From: Candidatus Latescibacterota bacterium
GTDB lineage: Bacteria; Latescibacterota; UBA2968; UBA8231
Direction: 5' to 3'
Length of the DNA stretch: 64,000 bases
NCBI GenBank assembly: GCA_965206595.1
Contig: OZ242214.1
Span: 5,280,001-5,344,000 of the forward strand
Part shown: in pieces, positions 38,706-48,304 of the stretch
Layout of the letters: every line of letters starts with the position of its first letter
Numbering within the stretch: the stretch's first letter is position 1
Position numbers and translations under genes: made by a program
Notes under the pieces: model-generated
What the model saw: the letters and a program-made list of their open reading frames with translations, nothing else
Database searches by the model: none
What the model was told of the DNA's origin: nothing

Positions 38706-40566
38706 TCCTTTGTTATTCATTCAACCCGCGCATAAGCGGACATAGGCGCTTCCGAGACCCCTTTGCTTAGCCTCAGAGGCTTGCGTCCCTTCTATAGTCG
38801 GCTTTTTGGGTAGAGCCGTCTCCTTATCTCTACCGACCTTGTTGAAATTGTACACGCCTTCTCGAAGACGCTTGCCTTTGCGAGCCCATCATCCCGACCG
38901 ACCCGGCCTGCGCTTACGCCATCGCCGCGTCCACCGGTTTGAGCGTGGCCAGAAATCTCCACAGACGATCCCAGGCAGCCGCCGTCCCTTGGGTCAGGAT
39001 GACGCCCACCCTGCGCCCATGCAAGGTGACGCGGGACGGCAGGCGCAGGTAGCGCCGTCGAAAACTGTCCAGGCTCAGGGCCGTCGTCGAGCGTCCGTAT
39101 GTGCGGGGCCGCCCGCGTCGGGCCTCGGCGCGTTCGGCGGCCTGGCGGCCCAGGTGAAGCAGGTTGTAGGCCAGCAGGTTCAAGGTCAGAAGCGCCTGGT
39201 TGGCAGCGAAGGCATCCCGGGACGGGGTGCGCTGACGCGGCTCTCGACCCCGGTAGTGTTGCTTGCGACGGGTGGTAGAGGAGAGCTGAGGCTGGAGGGT
39301 GGAGCTCAACTCGCCGAGCATGCGCTCGAAAAGGCCGCGCTGACGATAAAAGGCGACCAGGTCGCGGCCGCTCATCGTCTGGGGACTCTGGTCGGTGATC
39401 AGGAAGAAGTGGCGGGCGATGGGCAGCTCTTCCGTCTCGGAAGGGACCAGGACCAACACCACCCGCCGGGGCTGCGCCCAGGACCTGGCTTGATAGCGCA
39501 GCTCGCGACAGCGAAAACCCTCTTCCCGCAGCTCTTCCGGGTGCTGCGCCAGCTCCTGCTGATAGCCTTCCACCCAGGCACGAGCCAGCTCCTCCAGGCG
39601 CGCATTCTTCTTGATGCGCGCCACGTACGAGGTGTCGGCCCGCGCTTCCAGCTCACTCAGGAAAGACCCGCTCACCGAGGCCGCGTCGAAGCGCAGGATG
39701 AGGCGCCGGGCCAGATGCGACTGAATCCAGTCCAAGCGCTTGCCGAGAGCCTCTGAGGCGCCCTCATGGGCGTGCACGTTGCCCGGCCGCAGCACGGCAC
39801 CGAAGAAATCGCCCGTCTGCGCCGAGCCGAGGAGCAGGGGATGGTACCCCGAGGCGTGGAAGTAGCCGTTGTATTCGACCCCCGCCTGGTGCCCGTGCGC
39901 CGGCATCGGCAGGGCATCCATGTCGACGGCCAACTCCTCGTATTTCATCCGTCCTTCCAGCAGCCGGCAACGAGACCGGGCGCTGCGCAGGACGGCTTCC
40001 TCCAACACCTCGCGGTTATAGGCAGTCGAGGCTTGCTCGAGCAGGCGCGACAGCGTCGGCTGACTGGCCAGTCCCTGCGGCCGGTCTTCGTCGCCGCTGC
40101 GCAACGGCGCCTGCCCTTTGCGATCGCTGACCGCCAGACGCAGGATCGGATCTTGGCGCAACGCGTCGGCGTCGGCGGCGTGGGTCCAGCCCTGTGCCAG
40201 CAGCACGATCTGTGTGCGCAGCAGCTCCGGCAGCGGGTGCGTGATCTGGTCTTGGGTACGGAGATCCTCGAAGTGGGCGTCGAGCCAATCCAGAACCCGG
40301 CTGTGTTCGAGCAGTTGACGCAACATCAGCGCACCGGTGTCGCTGCCAAGGTGGGTGGGGCGGGCTTCGATGTGGATGGAGCGGTTGAAAGACGGCTGAA
40401 TCGGCCCGGCTTGCTCGGACTCGGTGTGTGACGGTAATTCACCCATTGGGTGTCCTACTGTGTGATGGGTTCAAAGGGCGATACTGCCTTGTGTTTCCCT
40501 CTGAAATCTAAGCATGGGAGGCACCCAGTACAGCCCTCTCCACTAAAATTCCATGAATAACAAGGG
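38706..40566 (-). mobile_element. IS1380-family element
   Basis: Terminal IRs CCTTTGTTATTCAT / ATGAATAACAAGGG and a TTCA target duplication (38702-05 and 40567-70). Confidence 0.9.
38914..40446 (-). CDS. IS1380 transposase
   Basis: 'SDTGALMLR', 'LASQPTLSR', 'VDMD', 'HGHQAG..YNGY', 'LRPGN', 'YRQRG..E'. Confidence 0.92.
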   Translation of the reverse strand: MGELPSHTESEQAGPIQPSFNRSIHIEARPTHLGSDTGALMLRQLLEHSRVLDWLDAHFEDLRTQDQITHPLPELLRTQIVLLAQGWTHAADADALRQDPILRLAVSDRKGQAPLRSGDEDRPQGLASQPTLSRLLEQASTAYNREVLEEAVLRSARSRCRLLEGRMKYEELAVDMDALPMPAHGHQAGVEYNGYFHASGYHPLLLGSAQTGDFFGAVLRPGNVHAHEGASEALGKRLDWIQSHLARRLILRFDAASVSGSFLSELEARADTSYVARIKKNARLEELARAWVEGYQQELAQHPEELREEGFRCRELRYQARSWAQPRRVVLVLVPSETEELPIARHFFLITDQSPQTMSGRDLVAFYRQRGLFERMLGELSSTLQPQLSSTTRRKQHYRGREPRQRTPSRDAFAANQALLTLNLLAYNLLHLGRQAAERAEARRGRPRTYGRSTTALSLDSFRRRYLRLPSRVTLHGRRVGVILTQGTAAAWDRLWRFLATLKPVDAAMA

Positions 40567-40765
40567 TTCAGTTATGTCATTTTCAATTTCCAAATCGCAA
40601 TCGAATGGATCATTGAAATGCTCTGGTTTGGATGCCCAGAGGCGGTTGTTACGCCAGATTTTTAGCGTATTCTCTTTTGGGGGTTTGTACAAGTAAAGTT
40701 TCGTGATACGAGGATAGAGCATTCTGTGATATGTCTCCTGACGCCCTTTCAAATACACTCAATTC

Positions 40766-42107
40766 CTACCCAAGCTTGCGCTGTTGCGCTTCAATAATTT
40801 CCAGTTGCGCTTCTATTGCAGCGTAGTAATCGGGCAGCGGGTCCACCTCATACAGTATATCAACACCACGCTGCTGACAATTAGCGAACAGGATCATGCC
40901 TCCTTCACTCGGTTCCTCCGCGTCCTCCACTGTCTCATGCAGGTCGTAATAGAAGCTGCGCAACCCAGACCGTTCGGATTTCAGTTCCTTGGACGCCATT
41001 CTATAAAACGTGGTCCTTACACTTGGGAATACTATTCGTTTGAGGAATCCTTCCTCATGTCTCCCCCTTCTGCAGGTTGCTAAATGCGGCTCAAAAGATG
41101 AGTCCATCGCATCTAGGACAGTCTGGTACAGGTCCAGAAAAGAGTCCTGATAATTCGCTAGTGAGGTTCTCAAGTTCCTCAAGAGCTCTGCGAAGATGTC
41201 GTTCCTTGAACCACCCACTGATTCCCTTTCCGGTAAAGATGCCGGCCAAGCTGCATAATACTGGTAGAACAACGGCCGATAGGCCTCCTGTCACGGGTGC
41301 CAACGCCAGCCCCCAACCAAGCCCTGCCGTACCTCCGAGCCAACCGCCAACACCGGTAGCAGCCGTGTCCAGCGCGGTGTGTTCTGCCGCCGTCTTAAAG
41401 TCTATATCGTCTTTGCGGAATTTATGGAAATTCCTAACTGCGTTGATGGCCAACGAAATAAAGGGAACACTGTCGATCCCATCTCCAAGGTCCGCAATTC
41501 CCTCAAACGTGTCCTCAGTGCTGTCAGAAGCTTCAGCAGCGGAGAGGTCAGGATTGATTACAACGCGGGGGTTGTCGCGGAAGTCGTCGGCCATCTCCAG
41601 ATTGGCGATTACGTCGATATCCGGATGCCTGTCGAGGTGTTCCTGGATGTACCGTGGGTCGTCTGTGACCTTAACGTTGTATGGCTTTCCATCTATAATA
41701 TGGTCTACTCCCTCCGCGGTGCCTGACTCTGGGGTCTCAACGTTATGGCCCCTCTGTCGGTAGTAATCGGCTACTACCTCCTCACGGGTGTAGCCCTTGT
41801 ATTTATCGGTCATTCTTTCCCAAGCTTCTGATCCAGGCTCGGATTTGATGATCTCGCCTTTAATGAAATCCATGAGGTCATCAAGACTCTCGAAATCTTG
41901 TGCGTGATGCAGATTGCCTATCCCCTGTAGAGCGTGGGGATCCAGCTTCATGGTGTTGTAGAGAACGTCGAACACGCTCACACCTGTCACGGCTGCTCCG
42001 TCCACTCCTAACTCTCGCGCTACACGCTTGCGCAGTGGTTCATCGACCTTCAGCGTATTTGTGAGGAAGGCCCGCTGACGAACACCGATGGAAGTATGAG
42101 GCTGTGC
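40766..42107 (-). pseudogene. Hypothetical protein with PD-(D/E)xK-like motif and glycine zipper, frameshifted
   Basis: Overlapping ORFs 41091..42005 and 40766..41272 appear to be one gene shifted near 41160. The frame stays open upstream to a stop at ~42108. Lower GC. Confidence 0.55.
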
Positions 42108-42522
42108 CTAGTGCGATAGTCGCAACAGCTATGCATATGAGAACGAGGATGACTACCATAACGCGATTCTTTTTTGTTTCGTTTCACGTCGGCCCTTAAT
42201 TAACCAATGTGTGTCAAAGCCTTGGCGGTGGGCATGGGGCAGATGACGATTTATCAAATCGTTGCCTCCCTTGAGTGAAACCACACCGTTTTCCTGGTGC
42301 CAATATGCGGGTTGACTAGCACTTGACAGGTAAGGGGCTTGGTTGTTTGGGACGCAAAGCATGCTGACGGATCTACACCGTGTAAAGAGCATACTGCCTA
42401 TGTAATCGATCCGGTGGAGCCATTCGCTTGCCGGGATTCTGTGAAGGAACTATCGTGACCGTCGTCCGTCCGCATAGGCAGCGGCACATACCTTACAAAC
42501 CTCACCAACCGATTCGAAACCC

Positions 42523-42771
42523 ATGCCGAAAATCATCGCCTATCTGAATCCGGCCTGCCCCTGGGCCCGCGGAGTAGTCGATCTGCTCGAGCGCAACAGC
42601 CTCGAGTATGAGTATCGCGATATCATCGGGAACCCCGGCGACTACCGGGAGATGGTGGCCAAGAGCGGCCAGAACTCCTCTCCCTGCGTCGAGGTCGACG
42701 GAAAGATGCTCGCCGATGTCGGGGAAGACGAGGTCGAAAGCCTGCTGAAAGAACGCGGCCTGATCGAGTAG
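42523..42771 (+). CDS. Glutaredoxin-like protein
   Basis: 82 aa, 'CPWA', 'SGQNSSPCVEVDG'. Confidence 0.8.
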   Translation: MPKIIAYLNPACPWARGVVDLLERNSLEYEYRDIIGNPGDYREMVAKSGQNSSPCVEVDGKMLADVGEDEVESLLKERGLIE

Positions 42772-42884
42772 CGCCGCCGGCCGCCGCCGGCTTCCCGCAC
42801 AGGTGGACCGGTCCGGCGCAGGCAGCGCGGTCCGGGACCGGCGGCGAGGGGGTGGGTTCGCCCCAAGTCGCCCCGGCCGGAAGA

Positions 42885-45365
42885 TCAGCGGCGCGCGTGG
42901 TGGGAAGCCGCAGGAGCCTGGTAGGTCACCGACAGGTGCGGGGTTTCGAGCCGGGTGTTGTTCTGCGACCGCGACACCAGGCAGCTTTCCTGGAGGCCGT
43001 TGACGATCAGGGTGCGCTCCGCGGGAAACGCCGCTTTTCCGGTGACGATCGTCTCGACGATTTTCGCCACCAGCGAGGCGGAGTAGGTGACCGGCGGGGT
43101 CGGGGTGAGGAAGATCTGGGTCGACACCGGTCGCTCCTCCCCGCTCAGCCTCGCAGCGAAGCAGTAGTCCCTGACCGCGCCGTTGAGCATCAGCAGCGTC
43201 GCCCGCAGGCCGTCGCGGAACTCGATCAGGTAGGCCGCCGGCTCCGAGGCCAGGCGCTTTACGTCGCCGCTGCCGACGAGGTCGTGCGTGCGGCCGTCTT
43301 CCAGGGTCGGGCCGCAGGGAGAATCCGCCCGCGACAGCGCCGCCTCGAGCAGCTCCCACGACCACAGCCCGTCGTCCCCGGCCTTCCAGACCGCGTCTCC
43401 GTCGAGCAGCTGCACCGCGGCGACCCCGGTCTCTCCGCCCCGGCGCCGCTCGATCATGCACTGCATCGCCTCGAGGGCGTGGTAGTCCATGGCGTCGGAG
43501 CCGCCGACGCCGGCCATCAGGGCCTCCTCGATATCGCAACCGAGCGGCAGCTCGACGTCCGGCAACCGCCAGGTGACGGGCAGCGACGACCCCGCTATGA
43601 CGGGAAAGCCGAGGCGGTGCCCGTCGGCGACCATTTCGCTGGCTTTTTCGAAGCTGTACGACAGGTGCTTGTCGTTGTAGACCGGCACCGCCCTTCCATC
43701 CTCCTCGAACACCTCGACGCACTGCTTGAAGAACTCGTAGCGCGGGTACTGCTTCTGCCCGAGTTCGTTGACGGGGTACTCCCCGTGCTCGCCGATGATG
43801 ACGACGGCGTCGACGGCGAGCCGCTCTCCCCCGCACCGGAGCGCTCCGGCGATGGTCGGATGGACGCTGAAGCCGAACTCGCGGGCGCGGTCCTCGCTCT
43901 GGTCCCCTTCGGGCCGCTGGTCGACGTACATCGACACCACCTGCATGTTGGGCCGGTGCCACGATCCCTCGTAGGCATAGCCGATCATGAAGCGGTCGCC
44001 GAAGTGCTGGCCGTGGGAGAGGTAACGGTAGATGGAGGCGATGATGGCGACGCGTAACGGCGGTTCCGCGGCGGTGCGGCGGTCGCTGACGATGTCGGCG
44101 TGAAGGGGCTGATCGTCGGGCGCCGCGGGGGCTGCCGGCTGTCCGGGCTCGCTGCCGGGCGCCCCCCAGAAAGTCGATTCCTCCTCCGCCCGGTAGGCGA
44201 TGTCGAGGTGGGGGGTGTCGATTCTGACCTGTTCCCGGTGCAGGCTGTCGACGCCGGCAGCGACGAGACCGGTGGTCAGCAGGGTGCGTTCGACCGGGTA
44301 CGACGGTTTGCCGCTGAGGAACATGCGCTCGACCTGGTAGCACTGGGGGCTGAAGAAGTTGGCCAGGGTCGTGCGCACCGGCGGCATCGGCAGATACATC
44401 TGGGTCGAGAACGGACGCTCGCTGCCCTCGAGCCGCGCCGCGAAGTTGAAGTCCTGCACCAGGCCGTTGAACAGGATCATCGTGCACCGGAGGCCGTCGA
44501 GGTGCTCGTAGTGGTAGGCGACCGGATCCTCGACCAGGCGTTTCATCTCGTCGATGGTCGGGAACGGGTTGTTGAAGCCGCTGCGCGCCGGGGTCAGGGT
44601 GTGGCTGCGGCAGAGGGCGGCCTCGAACAGGTCGCGGGACCAAAGCCCGTCGCTGTGCGCCTGCCAGAAGCGGTCGCCGCGGAACGCCTCGAGCCAGCGC
44701 ACCCCGACCTCGCCCCCCTCCCTGCGCTCGACCATGCACTGCAAGGTTTCGAGGGCGTGGAAGTCGTAGCTGTCGACGCCGCCGACGGCGACGCAGACCG
44801 CTTCCTCGACCCGTGCGCCCAAGGGCAGATCGACCGCGGGTGTGCGCCAGGTGACCGGCAGCGACGAGCCGGCCATGAAAGGGAATCCCATCGTCTGGGA
44901 GGTGTCGTACATCTCGCGCGCCCACTCCCAGTTCCAGGAGAGGTGCTTGTCGTTGAAGACAGGGGCGGTTCTGCCGGTGGTGCGGTAGACGGAGACGATC
45001 TGCCGGAAGAGCTCGTAACGCGGGTAGAGGCGCTGGCCCTTCTCGTTGGTGCCGTAGGTGCCGTGCTCGCCGATGAGGAGGACGCCGTCGACGGCCAGGT
45101 CGCTACCGCCCAGAGTCAGGGCGTCGGCCACGGTCGGGTAGATGGTCAAATGCTCGAAGCGGGACTCGCGCTCGCGGCTCAGGTCGGTTTCGGGGAACTG
45201 GTCGACGTACAGCGACACCAGGTCCATCGCCGGGCGGTGATGGCGGCTGCCCCAGCCGTATCCTTGGAGGAAGCGGTCGCAGATGTGCTGGCCATGGGAG
45301 TGCCTGCGGTACTCGGTGACGATGCCGGCGATTCGCGGGCGGGCTCCTTCAGGGGAAGTGGTCAT
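42885..45365 (-). CDS. Tandemly duplicated hypothetical protein (two ~400-aa oxidoreductase-like halves)
   Basis: Both halves contain 'SHGQH..DRF', 'IGEHG.Y', 'NDKHLS', 'AGSSLPVTWR', 'HALE..QCM.ERR', 'ERTL'. Confidence 0.85.
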   Translation of the reverse strand: MTTSPEGARPRIAGIVTEYRRHSHGQHICDRFLQGYGWGSRHHRPAMDLVSLYVDQFPETDLSRERESRFEHLTIYPTVADALTLGGSDLAVDGVLLIGEHGTYGTNEKGQRLYPRYELFRQIVSVYRTTGRTAPVFNDKHLSWNWEWAREMYDTSQTMGFPFMAGSSLPVTWRTPAVDLPLGARVEEAVCVAVGGVDSYDFHALETLQCMVERREGGEVGVRWLEAFRGDRFWQAHSDGLWSRDLFEAALCRSHTLTPARSGFNNPFPTIDEMKRLVEDPVAYHYEHLDGLRCTMILFNGLVQDFNFAARLEGSERPFSTQMYLPMPPVRTTLANFFSPQCYQVERMFLSGKPSYPVERTLLTTGLVAAGVDSLHREQVRIDTPHLDIAYRAEEESTFWGAPGSEPGQPAAPAAPDDQPLHADIVSDRRTAAEPPLRVAIIASIYRYLSHGQHFGDRFMIGYAYEGSWHRPNMQVVSMYVDQRPEGDQSEDRAREFGFSVHPTIAGALRCGGERLAVDAVVIIGEHGEYPVNELGQKQYPRYEFFKQCVEVFEEDGRAVPVYNDKHLSYSFEKASEMVADGHRLGFPVIAGSSLPVTWRLPDVELPLGCDIEEALMAGVGGSDAMDYHALEAMQCMIERRRGGETGVAAVQLLDGDAVWKAGDDGLWSWELLEAALSRADSPCGPTLEDGRTHDLVGSGDVKRLASEPAAYLIEFRDGLRATLLMLNGAVRDYCFAARLSGEERPVSTQIFLTPTPPVTYSASLVAKIVETIVTGKAAFPAERTLIVNGLQESCLVSRSQNNTRLETPHLSVTYQAPAASHHARR

Positions 45366-45819
45366 TTTTCTCTTTCAGATTTTTCGGTTTGTGAATCGGC
45401 GGAGGGACCGCCGTTTAGGGGGGCAGCGGCCGGAAATAGCCCGGCGGCTGCCCGTGGCGGGAAAAGGTTCCGTGCGTTCGTTGAGAAGCGAGCTACCTTG
45501 GGATTTCGAAGGCCCCCCCTTGCCGGTCCCCCAGGCTCTCCCGGAATCCGTGCTATCCTTGAAAAGCCGGCGGACTCCGGCGACGCGTATCAGCTATTTT
45601 CATCTCCCGGGTTCCGGAAGGGCCCGGAAGAGAACCGGCGGCGGGGAAGGGTCAACGAACCGGAAATGCGATGCTCGGGCGCTGAAAAACCGGAGTCTGT
45701 CCGGGCTGCATGATCAGCCTTTCGCAGGCACCGCGCAACGAAATCCCGAAGGCACGGCAGCTTCCGATGAACGATTACAACAACCTCTCCCGGCAGACAC
45801 TCGAAGAAGGAGGCGAGGC

Positions 45820-46881
45820 ATGAAAGCGGTATTCGACGACCTGTTCTGCTGGTCGGTGTTCAGCGAGCGCCGGCAGATCGATTTCAACGGCCATCTCTGG
45901 GTTCGGGAGGCAGGCAACGTCCTGATCGATCCCGTGCCGATGATCGAGTCGGACCTGCGGCAGTTCGACGACCTGGGGGGCGCGGAGTGGATCGTGGTGA
46001 CCAACAGGGACCACCAGCGGGAAGCCGCCGCCTTCCGCGAGCGCTGCGGCGCGCAGCTCGTCGCTCACGGCGAAGATGTGGAGGGTATCGAAGCGCAGGT
46101 CGATCGCACCGTCGGCGACGGCGAAGAGATCGTGCCGGGGCTGCGGGCAGTGCACCTCCGCTTCGGGAAGAGCGCCGGGGAAATCTCCCTGTACTGGCCG
46201 GAGAAGCGGACCATCCTCGCCAGCGACCTCCTGGTCGGGGCGCCCGTGGGCCGGTTCTCTCTGTTGATGGACGAGGTCCTGGAAGATCCTCCGGCGGCCG
46301 CCCTGGAAGTGCGCAAGCTGCTGGCGCTCGATTTCGACGCCATCGTCGTCGGCGACGGTCACTCGGTCATGAGGGACGCCAGGGAGCGGTTGCTGGAGTG
46401 CCTCGAAGAGCGAACGGACATCTACATCAACCAGGTCAACAGCGGTGACATGGACTGGATCCCTTACTCGCGCCGCGAAGGGTACGCGTGGGACACCAGG
46501 GAGATCGACGCCCTCGTCGGCGCCCGCAATCTCGGCTACCGGATGATTCGCCTGCCTCCGGGCCAGTCGACCTTTCCCCTTCATTTCCACCACCACGCCG
46601 AAGAGCTGTTCTTCGCCGTCGAAGGGGAATGCACCCTCGTCACACCCCGTGGCAACCTGCCGGTGCGAAAGGGGGATTTCATCGCCTTTCCGCCAGGACC
46701 TCGCGGGGCCCACAAGTTCACCAACGAAGGGGCCGAGCCCTGCGAGCTTCTCGCTTTCGGCGACCGCCGGCACGGGGACGTCGCCGAGTACCCCGACTCT
46801 GGCAAGATCAACTTCATCTGCCGGCCCGGACCCCTCATCTTCCGCAAGCGGGACGCCGTCGACTACTGGGAGGGGGAGTAG
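45820..46881 (+). CDS. Degenerate MBL-fold + cupin fusion
   Basis: GGAGG RBS. 'VLIDP', 'TNRDH', 'VGDG', then cupin 'HFHHHAEELF...AHKFTN'. Confidence 0.8.
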   Translation: MKAVFDDLFCWSVFSERRQIDFNGHLWVREAGNVLIDPVPMIESDLRQFDDLGGAEWIVVTNRDHQREAAAFRERCGAQLVAHGEDVEGIEAQVDRTVGDGEEIVPGLRAVHLRFGKSAGEISLYWPEKRTILASDLLVGAPVGRFSLLMDEVLEDPPAAALEVRKLLALDFDAIVVGDGHSVMRDARERLLECLEERTDIYINQVNSGDMDWIPYSRREGYAWDTREIDALVGARNLGYRMIRLPPGQSTFPLHFHHHAEELFFAVEGECTLVTPRGNLPVRKGDFIAFPPGPRGAHKFTNEGAEPCELLAFGDRRHGDVAEYPDSGKINFICRPGPLIFRKRDAVDYWEGE

Positions 46882-47904
46882 GTGGACAGCTTCATCGCCG
46901 TTCACAATGGCTTCGACGGCGGCTGGCCCTGGGCGGCCGACCACTTCCGCGCCCTGTGGCAGAGGCAGGGGGAGGTCGGATTCCGGCGCCTCGCCCACGG
47001 GGACGACCGCCGGCTCGCGGAGGTAGCCGGCGAACATGCAGCCTCGGTGGCCAGACTCGCCTGCCTCGGGGTGCGCGTCACCCTCGATTGCCTGGAGGCG
47101 TTTCCGTCGCTGCGGGAAGCGTCCTTCCAGGGCCCGCCCCACAGGCTTGACGCCGAATGCGAGGCGGCGCTCGCCGGGAGGGGCGTCGCCCTGTACAGAC
47201 AGCTTTCCGAAGGGTTCTGGGGACAGTCGGTCGCCGAATGCGGGCTGGCCCTCACCCTGTGCGCGCTGCGCCGCATTCCCCAGCTGCACACCGGGATCGC
47301 CACCGGCACCCCGGACTGGGACTGGCGCCCGCCCGGAGGCATCGGCGCTCCGGGGCAGCGGGGGGCGCAGTACAGCGACGATTCGGCCTTCGCCAACGGC
47401 ACCCTCGCCGGCAAGCGGGTGCGGGTGGTCGGCGCCGGCAACATCGGCAGCCGCTACGCGAGCTTCGCGAGCACCCTGGGGGCCGAAGTCGCCGCCTGGG
47501 ATCCGTTTGCCGCCGAACCCGCCTTCCACCGCGCCGGCGCCCGCCGCGAGCACCACCTTGCCCGCCTGGTGGAGGACGCCGAGGTGTTCGCCCCGATGGT
47601 TCCCCTGAGGGATTCCACACGGGGGCTCGTAACCGCAGACCATATCGGCGCCCTGCCCGCCGGCTGCCTGGTGGTCCTGGTGACCCGGGCCGGGATCTGC
47701 GACATAGGGGCGCTGCGGCGCCGGGTGCTCGCCGACGAGCTGAGTCTGGCCGCCGACGTCTTCGACCGGGAGCCGCTGCCGGCGGACGACCCGCTCATCG
47801 GCAGGCACAACGTCGTGCACACGCCCCATATCGCCGGGCGCACCGCCGACGCCAACCGCTCCTGGGCGGAGCACCTGGCGGACCAGTTTCAGCCGCGGGG
47901 TTGA
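46882..47904 (+). CDS. D-2-hydroxyacid dehydrogenase-like NAD-binding protein
   Basis: 'VGAGNIG', 'TRA', 'DVFDREP', 'TPHIAG'. Confidence 0.88.
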   Translation: MDSFIAVHNGFDGGWPWAADHFRALWQRQGEVGFRRLAHGDDRRLAEVAGEHAASVARLACLGVRVTLDCLEAFPSLREASFQGPPHRLDAECEAALAGRGVALYRQLSEGFWGQSVAECGLALTLCALRRIPQLHTGIATGTPDWDWRPPGGIGAPGQRGAQYSDDSAFANGTLAGKRVRVVGAGNIGSRYASFASTLGAEVAAWDPFAAEPAFHRAGARREHHLARLVEDAEVFAPMVPLRDSTRGLVTADHIGALPAGCLVVLVTRAGICDIGALRRRVLADELSLAADVFDREPLPADDPLIGRHNVVHTPHIAGRTADANRSWAEHLADQFQPRG

Positions 47905-48175
47905 CGGGTTTCCGGAGGTTTGGCTGCAAGCGTCCGGGTATTAATTCCAGGTTCCCTGCTCCATGGCGGAGATGACGATGCGGTCGATGTACGAATCCTT
48001 ATCGCCGCCGCTGATTCTGTCCGGTCCCATACCCGATTCACCTCCTCCTAACCAGTGCAGGCCGCCTCCTGACCCCGTTCCTTACACGCAGCCCCAGCCG
48101 TATGGCGGGACCATCGAGGGGGATCGCCCATTCCGCGATATTCCCTCGTAGTCAGTCCCCTGGCATAGAAACTCC

Positions 48176-48207
48176 TTGATCTATTAGCCCCCCCCCCCCT
48201 GTATCAT
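48176..48207 (+). promoter_or_regulatory. Putative sigma70 promoter with a C12 tract in the spacer
   Basis: TTGATC (48176-81), 20-bp spacer containing C12 (48188-99), TATCAT (48202-07). Confidence 0.55.
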
Positions 48208-48304
48208 TGGCCCGCCTTGATTCACCATCGGCAAGCGTGCCAGGAGAAGGTTGGCCGGTCCGCGAGTCGAGGTGATCTTCTCACTTTTTTCGCGGACTGG
48301 AGGC

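Larger units (their letters stand above)
38027..40721 (-). pseudogene. DUF2971-domain gene split by IS1380
   Basis: N-part 'LWASKPEHFNDPFDC' (40567-40721) and C-part 'LMWSHYAQNHKGVCFEF', 'WAYEKEWR'. Rejoins in frame ('DITE|ESVIEA') when the IS is removed. Confidence 0.87.

Noticed and set aside
42394-42481. 9-bp inverted repeat (CTGCCTATG/CATAGGCAG) upstream of the glutaredoxin
   Set aside because: A single short stem with no recognisable riboswitch or second copy.
47941-48030. 29-aa minus-strand ORF (MGPDRISGG...GTWN) with an AGGAGG upstream
   Set aside because: Too short, no motif or other support; may be a remnant.
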